Source of the DNA: Octopus vulgaris
Lineage: Eukaryota
Direction of reading: 5' to 3'
Assembly: GCA_951406725.2 (NCBI GenBank)
Contig: OX597819.1
Coordinates: 32,240,001-32,304,000, forward strand
DNA: 64,000 bases
Part shown: positions 55,799 through 64,000 of the stretch, in pieces
Layout of the letters: each line of letters opens with the position of its first letter
Position numbering within the stretch: the first letter of the stretch is position 1
Made by a program: the position numbers and the translations under genes
Notes under the pieces: model-generated
What the model was told of the DNA's origin: nothing
Seen by the model: the letters and a program-made list of their open reading frames with translations, nothing else
Databases searched by the model: none

Positions 55799-56160
55799 AT
55801 AAATTCAATTATTTACATATAATGGCTTCAAGTTTTGAAAGAAATCCAGCAAAATTGGGGGTGGAGGTGGGCTATAAGTCGATTACATCGACCCCAGTGT
55901 TCAACTGGTACTTATTTTATCGACTTCGAAAGGGATACAAGGTGAAGTATGCCTCTGAAAGTAAAGACGAACGAAATGCCGCTATGCATTTTGCCCGGCG
56001 TGTTAACGATTCAGCCAGCACACATCCTTCATAATGTAATATAAATATATATAATGCAGAAACAGTCTGCAAACTACGATAGTTAACAAAAATAGGTAGA
56101 TGCTCGTCATGAAGCTGGTCTGCTCGTCACTAGCACAGTGAGGCTAAAACACGCACTACC

Positions 56161-57545
56161 TACAGCTACCTCCACCTCATGTGATATATCGTACACCTAG
56201 CCCTGGTCCGCTGTCCGATGGCTGGAAACCCTGGTCTACAGCTACCTCCACCTCATGTGATATATCGTATACCTAGCACTGGTCCGCTGTCCGATGGCTG
56301 GATATCTCTGGCCTACAGCTACTTCCACCTCATGTGATATATCGCACACCTAGCCCTGGTCCGCTGTCCGATGGCTGGCAATCCCTGGTCTACAGCTACC
56401 TCCACCTCATGTGATATATCGTACTCCTAGCACTAGTCTGCTGTCCGATGGCTGGAAATCTCTGGCCTACAGCTACCTCTACCTCATGTGATATATCGTG
56501 CACCTAGCCCTGGTCCGCTGTCCGATGGCTGGAAATCTCTGGCCTACAGCTACCTCCACCTCGTGTGATATATCGTACACCTAGCCCTGGTCCGCTGTCC
56601 GATGGCTGGAAATCTCTGGCCTACAGCTACCTCCACCTCATGTGATATATCGTACTCCTAGCACTAGTCTGCTGTCCGATGGCTGGAAATCTCTGGCCTA
56701 CAGCTACTTCCACCTCATGTGATATATCGTACACCTAGCCTTGGTCCACTGTCCGATGGCTGGAAATCTCTGGTCTACAGCTACCTCCACCTCATGTGAT
56801 ATATCGTACACCTAGCCCTGGTCCGCTGTCTGATGGCTGGAAATCCCTGGTCTACAGCTACCTCCACCTCATGTGATATATCGTGCACCTAGCCCTGGTC
56901 CGCTGTCCGATGGCTGGAAATCTCTGGCCTACAGCTACCTCCACCTCATGTGATATATCGTACACCTAGCCCTGGTCCGCTGTCCGATTGCTGGAAATCT
57001 CTGGTCTACAGCTACCTCCACCTCATGTGATATATCGTACACCTAGCCTTGGTCCACTGTCCGATGGCTGGAAATCTCTGGTCTACAGCTACCTCCACCT
57101 CATGTGATATATCGTACACCTAGCACTAGTCCGCTGTCCGATGGCTGGAAATCTCTGGTCTACAGCTACCTCCACCTCGTGATATATGGTACACCTAGCC
57201 CTTGGTCCGCTGTCCGATGGCTGGAAATCTCTGGTCTACAGCTACCTCCACCTCATGTGATATATCGTGCACCTAGCACTAGTCCGCTGTCCGATGGTTG
57301 GAAATCTCTGGCCTACAGCTACCTCCACCTCATGTGATATATCGTACACCTAGCACTAGTCCGCTGTCCGATGGCTGGAAATCTCTGGTCTACAGCTACC
57401 TCCACCTCGTGATATATGGTACACCTAGCCCTGGTCCGCTGTCCGATTGCTGGAAATCCCTGGTCTACAGCTACCTCCACCTCATGTGATATATCGTACA
57501 CCAAGCATTGGTCCGCTGTCCGATGACTGGAAATTCCTGGTCTAT
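56161..57545. repeat. 77-bp minisatellite, 18 units
   Basis: Unit TACAGCTACCTCCACCTCATGTGATATATCGTACACCTAGCCCTGGTCCGCTGTCCGATGGCTGGAAATCTCTGGTC; starts at 56161, 56237, 56314 ... 57466. Confidence 0.97.
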
Positions 57546-57889
57546 AGCACATCCTCTATGCTGGATACTACATAAATATTGTAAATATCTGAAGCTATCG
57601 GCCTTGACGCTACTGCTGTGCTTTCAGGGACACACAACAGAAACGAACGCAATAAATCCTTTCAACAACATAAACACGAACGATGACAAAAAAACACAAC
57701 AAAAAACATAAACATAAAAGGAATAATACAGGTTGCAATATCAATAACAACATTGACGACAATTGCAACAGTAAAGAGAAAACTAAGCAAATTGAAGACT
57801 AATACTTTATATAGTCATTATTTATGCGATAAATATTTGAAAGAAACCGGTTCTTGAATAGATCACCCGATTTGATATAATAATATAGC

Positions 57890-57922
<33 letters not shown>

Positions 57923-58377
57923 AATAATGATGATAATAATAATAATAATAATTATTATTATTATTATTATTATTATCATTATCACGCAGAATCGGTAGCA
58001 CACCGGAGAAAAGGCTTAGCGGCATTTCGTCCGTTTTTACATTCTGAATTCAAATTCTGCTGGGGTCTACTTTGTCTTTGATCCTTTCTGGCTCAGTGCA
58101 AAAATTGAAACTTCTTACAATTATTATTATTATTATTGTAACGAGTTGGCAGATTCGTCAGCACGCCAGAGTGCTTTGCATGATTTTTTTTTCTGACGCT
58201 TAAACGTTCAGAACTGAAAATTCAGTTGAAGTAAATTTGCTTTTCATCTCCCTGTGTTCCATAAAGTACTAGTCAACTACTGGGGTCGATGGCATCGATT
58301 AAATCCCTTCCCTAAAAATTACAGATCTTGTATATTAAAACAGTGGCCTTTATTATTATCATTATTATTATAATATA

Positions 58378-58415
<38 letters not shown>

Positions 58416-58422
58416 CATCATC

Positions 58423-58481
<59 letters not shown>

Positions 58482-58679
58482 CATGTAGGCGTTGGACTCG
58501 CACAATCGTCCGAGCGTCGGAATAGAAGTTTTGCTTTTTTTTTTCGGCTTTTCACCTTCTGAGTTCATATCCTACCGAGATCAACTTTCCGTTTCATCCG
58601 TTTGATGGTCATTAAAATAAAGTACAACTAAAATACAAGGGTCGAGAATATCAACTATTCCGGATTTAAAACTTATTTT

Positions 58680-60945
58680 CAGACTAGATAACGCTGCCCA
58701 AAACACATCTTGTCAAGATTTTGGCAAAGGTTCCCGTCATGAAGCTGGTGCACTTGTTGTCTGCATAGTGAAAGAAGCGCAAACATGTGCTGTGCTCGAC
58801 AGATCTATCTATGGTTACTTCTTCCTCATGCAATACACCGTAGAGCGGATTAGGTATGATTCTGGTTTCAGTAGGGGATGGTCAATGTGAACCAGTTCAA
58901 AGCATTCGATAGGGTGGACCATCACAATCTGGTAGCAGTCTTAAGCTATCGGTTAGCACGCCAGATGAAATGCTTAGCGGTATTTCGTCTGTCGTTACGT
59001 TGTGAGTTCAAATTCCGCCGAGGTTGACTTTGCCTTTCATCATTTCGGGGTCGATAAATTAAGTACCAGTTCCGCACTGGGGTCGATGTAATCGACTTAA
59101 TACCTATGTCTGTCCTTGTTTGTCCCCTCTATGTTTAGCCCCTTGTGGGTAATAAAGAAATAGGTTTCAGTCTTATCTTCAGAGGCTGAATTGTCACAAT
59201 GTACACTGGCATCTATGGGATGGTTAAACTAAAGAGCTACCGCTCGGAATTGTTCAGCGTTGAATGCATGGTCCAGCAAGGATGTGCTCTGGCCATTCCC
59301 CTGTGTTTGGTCATTAAAGGCGCTGCAGCATGTATTGGATACATTGAAGGGCATCCAACTCGAATTAGGTCATAGTAAAGTCATATCTGCATAAACAGAC
59401 GACGTCACTGTTATAATTTCGGACATTTTCGAGATGGAAATGACAAGAGAAATACTAAAGTAGCACAGGAACACATTTTAACCGGGCAAGTCAGCAGGCC
59501 TGCAACACAGTAGGTGGAGAGGCGAATACTGAGAGTCCGGCTAAGATACTCGGGGTCTGGTTCGGAGCAGACCTCCGAACTATAAAAAGTTGAAGAAGGT
59601 TGTGAGCAGCGTGGCCATTATCACTTAGAAAAGGACCTCAAAGAAGTTGTCCTTGAAAGGACAGACGGTAGCCGCTAACGCCTACATCGCTTCGGTAGTC
59701 TATTACCGTCGTACCTTGTCCCAAGAAATATTTGATCAAACTAGAATGCATACTTTACCGCTTTTAATGGAGAGTTCTACTACCAACAACTACTACGTGT
59801 GATCTGGGTATGTTATCGTTGATGATGCGCAGGCACACGCTAAACTTTGTATACATGCAGAAATATCAGGAAACTAACAATAGTGATGGCGACATCGATA
59901 ACGAAGGGGAACTGTTTTGGATATCCTTCGTGCAGCACATCTCTCTGTAACTTGTGTCTTTGACCGAAAAACTTGGCTCAAATTTAAACCTAAACGTGGT
60001 TGGGCGTTTGTAATACTGCCAGTTACTCACAACGCTGTCAGTACCACAAGAACTTTTGCATCCAACAGAGCGTTAGTGAAATGTATGAACAACCATGATC
60101 TGGGAATGACTTTGGGCGTCAACAAATGTAACCTGAGCCATCTCTTATCGAGAAGTTTCATGTTGCGGACAATGGACAGATTCCAAAGAATTTCGGCATA
60201 GTAGTGTTACAAGGGTCCATTACTTGTTGAAAACAAACCTTATAGGTATGGAAATTTTAACAACTGAACCTGTCCGGGTTGCGCGCAGTGTGACGAAAGC
60301 GCCTTGTACGCTGTAGTTTAGTATCCGTCTATTACTACTTTGCGGATTTGTGTCGAAGAGCATGTAGGATGGATCCTGCTTTCAACCAAGTCTGTAGTGA
60401 GAACGGCGAGCCACTTTCTTTTGGCAGAATAGAGTACAGTTATTTTTCAATTTCCTGGTGGCTGTGTTAAAAAATAAAAGTGGTTTGCGGACTGATCTGA
60501 AATATTTGAAAAGAGACAATCTTCTCTCTGGCGAAATCCTCATGAACTTCTTGAAGTACCAATAAAAAGTGCAAGTGAGAGTAAATAGGGAGGTGTTTTC
60601 ATTTAGTGTGTTCAACAAAAGGTGGGTTAGAGTGGCGATATAGGTGAGAATGAATGGCTATACACCGAGTTTGCTTTCCTAAGTAGGAGGAAAGAAACTT
60701 GGAGAAAGTACTTTAGATATCTTAGGTGTGTGAAGTCTCCTTAAATGTCCTCGGTGACTCTGCTCTCGATTCGGTTCTTTTCTTGCAATTCATTATTCTT
60801 GAGCTTTCTTGTAATGCTTCTTTCTACTTAATGTAAACTATTTTTATGTATTTATTTTTAGCCCTTGTATTGTACACAATGTCTTTGACCCTTGTGGATA
60901 ATGAAATCCTCATCATTATCATCATCATCATCATCATCATCATCA
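58680..60945 (+). mobile_element. Decayed Tx1/L1-clade LINE (RT to 3' tail), interrupted by a family-A SINE at ~58952-59163
   Basis: KILAK, EAQTCAV, KAFDRVDH (58899), VQQGC, SA*TDDVT (59386, YADD position), CPGCAQCDE knuckle (60271), 3' UTR then (ATC)n. Confidence 0.88.
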
Positions 60946-60994
60946 ATCTGTTCTTTCTCCACCTATTCCTCTCTCCTCCTCCTCCTCATTGTTG

Positions 60995-61053
<59 letters not shown>

Positions 61054-61066
61054 ATCATTATTATTA

Positions 61067-61126
<60 letters not shown>

Positions 61127-61132
61127 GTATTA

Positions 61133-61208
<76 letters not shown>

Positions 61209-61329
61209 CATTATTATTATAATCATTTGCTGCTGCCTGATTGGTTAGATAATAATTACGAGAGCGCAATCACGCAATCTGTGCCATGGAAAAATCAAAG
61301 CAGTCACTGGTGGGCACCAAATTACCACC

Positions 61330-61950
61330 TGAAAAACATTAGGAAGAGGAAAATAATATCGAACATCGTGTAACAACATAACAACGATAGCAGGAGATTT
61401 ATCAATAAGCAGTTTCCGGGCAGCACAAATTCCACTAGCTATTCATGGAAAAATAATGAGTAAAGTGAGCTTCAAACAAACGTAGAACATATCAAGAATG
61501 ATCAGAAATTACAAAGTATAAAGTATTATAAACATAACAGAAACTAAAAAGGTTCAACATGCAGTTGTCGATGTATAGAGCTCTTTCCATTGAAAGGAAA
61601 CTGTCCTGAGAAATGTATAATATATGATCGCTACAAAAACTCATTGATCAATTATATAAAATCTTACAGAATTGTTTGTAACAAAAATATCAACATCAAT
61701 GTAAGCCCCACTTTTTTAACACAATGCTTAGTGCACTTCAAAGTAGCACAACAAAGTTATTTGAAGATCAAAAGATGCGGAGAGGAAGAACAGAAATTTT
61801 AATAAAGGATGTTGAATTGGAGGCCAACGTTTAGAAATGAGCCAAGGCACTTCTAAGGTACTTACAAAGAGATAAAAAAACAAATAACAACTTCGCATCA
61901 TTTACATCCTTATCTTAACTTTAAATAGAGACCAGCGACCCTGATAAATA
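61330..61950 (+). mobile_element. Penelope-like linker/GIY-YIG region remnant
   Basis: INKQFP..HKFH*LF..KVSF and CSCRCIELFPLKGNCPEKCIIY resemble the PLE CxC...CPLxGxC linker. Confidence 0.6.
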
Positions 61951-62718
61951 TTGAAAATTATTCTCATAATGGCATAAGTCAAAGGAAGGAAAGGCAGCGC
62001 CAATTATTCTTTTCATGGTCTCTAGGAGAAAAGAGAAAGAATGTAAAACCCGTGGATGGATGCGGTGAAAATCACTAAGTCACGTTATTTTCTAACTTTC
62101 GTCGAATCATTGCAGACCTCCCTCGAATGTTTGTAAATCTCCATTGAATGATTGCAACCGTATGCACTCTGCAAGAGATATGCAACGAGGTTAAAGCCCT
62201 TGAAAGAATTGAGACTAGGTGCTGACCAACACATTCAAACGTTGTATCTCCTTTTCAATTCTCTATTGCAAATAACTGCACTAAATTAGCTTTTCTTATG
62301 ACAATAGAATAGGATCGTAGCCGATATGGTATTTCTCTGCAGACATATACCGCAGGAAACTGAGGGTTTGTTAAAGGCTTGCAATTTATCTAACACAGCC
62401 TATGTAAAACTGCTGGTCTCACTCTAGTCTCTTGATATCCAACTATACTTTGAAAGTGTTTGGGCATTTTTTAGCTTGCCCAGTTTAGTGTCAACTAATT
62501 ATTTTAAAATTTCTGTTGTGTACAATCTCTCTCTTTCTCACATACACAGACACAAGCACATACTCACTCACACACAAACTTATTCACACACATACCAACA
62601 CACACTTATATTAAGACAACATTTATCAAAATTTCAGTTAAATTTCAGTCTTAAGCTTTGGGTCACCGTCAGGTAATTGGTAGGAGACACCTGTAGAGCT
62701 GCACATCCTCTCATGTTT

Positions 62719-62796
<78 letters not shown>

Positions 62797-64000
62797 GGAG
62801 TGATCTGAACCGTGTGCGTTCATAATATGCTCCTGTGCTTTCATAATATGTCCCATCATTATATGATGATTCCACTGTTTAAATTTGAACATCGTAATGT
62901 CACTTTGTCATCTCAGCTTTAAACTGCAGATGCTATGTTAAATATACCTACCGTTATATATCCTCTATTTCATCTAATAGTTCATCAGACTTACACATTT
63001 TGGCATAACCTTTATAAGATTGTCGTCTCTAAGTGTAACACCAGTCGAATTGAAGAGCGAAAACGCAAAACGCGACTATACCTAATGTAACGAATATAAA
63101 ATACACAATTAGAAATACATGTACCAGGAGGATAAAGACAACACTTATGTTTATAGTTTTCCTAAGAAGTATTTGCAATGTACAATTTCTAGTAGTTGCT
63201 ACCCTCTAGAAATGTCACATCTACGAGAAATGCTGAAAAAACGTTTGCAATTACCACCAGAAATGTTTGTAAAACCCTCAACTCGACATATTTGTCACAT
63301 CAAGAAGTATCTGAAATAATGTCGAGTTAAACACTTATCAAGACTTTTTAGAATTAACTATTAAAGATAATTCCATCTGATAAAAAAAAAATAAAAAAGG
63401 AAAAGAAACTACATTCTTCATCAATATTATTTCAAAGTCTAAAGAAATAGAAATCTTCAAAAGATTTCAAAGTTTAGTTTGCAACATGACACATCCACGA
63501 CTAGAAACTACTTTAAGAAACAAAACGAAATCAAATAAAAATGACTTCGGTACGAAATTTTACCTATGTTGATCATCTAACTTTAAAAGCCATACATTTG
63601 ACTGACAGGCATCCTCTAACACCTACATCTTCTGACAGTAGCTTTTAAATCCATCAAAGTGTCTACGGTGGAGTCTATATATCTTCTTACCAATAAATTT
63701 TTGATCCTCTTTTCTCGCTATTATGCTGCTTCTTAACAAAAAAGACTATATCTTCCTTCCAAAGCCATTCTACGATCTGTTAGATACGTGTGACAGAAGA
63801 GGTTTAAAATGTCCAAGACTTGTCCAAAGTAGTCACTATTTTATATACCAGAGATCACACTCCCGCCCCACTACATATCTTCATTTAATCATTAATTCAT
63901 TTGAAGTTTGGATTTGTTTTCCTAGCCTACCGTCACAAGAATTGTCATTAAAATGAAATGATTAAAAAAAAAAAAAAAAGAAACTTCACAATTCAGCAGA

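Noticed and set aside
56161-57545. CRISPR-like array
   Set aside because: Units are contiguous near-identical repeats with no unique spacers; no cas genes; eukaryotic context
62000-63960. Possible decayed transposase or exons
   Set aside because: No motif could be read with confidence; needs BLASTX

Overview
AT-rich, repeat-saturated animal genomic DNA. The SINE families and the extreme microsatellite load suggest an octopus (coleoid cephalopod); that assignment is pattern recognition, not a database result. No intact host protein-coding gene is recognisable, and most listed ORFs are microsatellite artefacts. The window contains: a tRNA-Leu(UAA) cluster at 28.2-34.2 kb (one intact gene, two variant copies, two decayed copies); dozens of tRNA-derived SINEs; fossil LINEs (RTE, Tx1/L1, R4/Dong, CR1); Penelope-like element (PLE) remnants; DNA transposons (mariner, Tigger/pogo, hAT, Helitron, two GG-terminal MITE families with 8-bp TSDs); and two minisatellites. 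Most notable: (1) several minimal hammerhead ribozyme motifs in PLE-type terminal repeats, including a 939-bp palindrome with one ribozyme per arm; (2) a TSD-flanked PLE-type insertion whose inverted copy lacks a GT...AG segment, as if spliced; (3) a 77-bp x18 minisatellite apparently seeded by Tx1 RT sequence; (4) a TTAGGG-carrying MITE, one copy of which has a (TAAC)n-tailed LINE inserted in that tract. Coordinates of decayed repeats are approximate.
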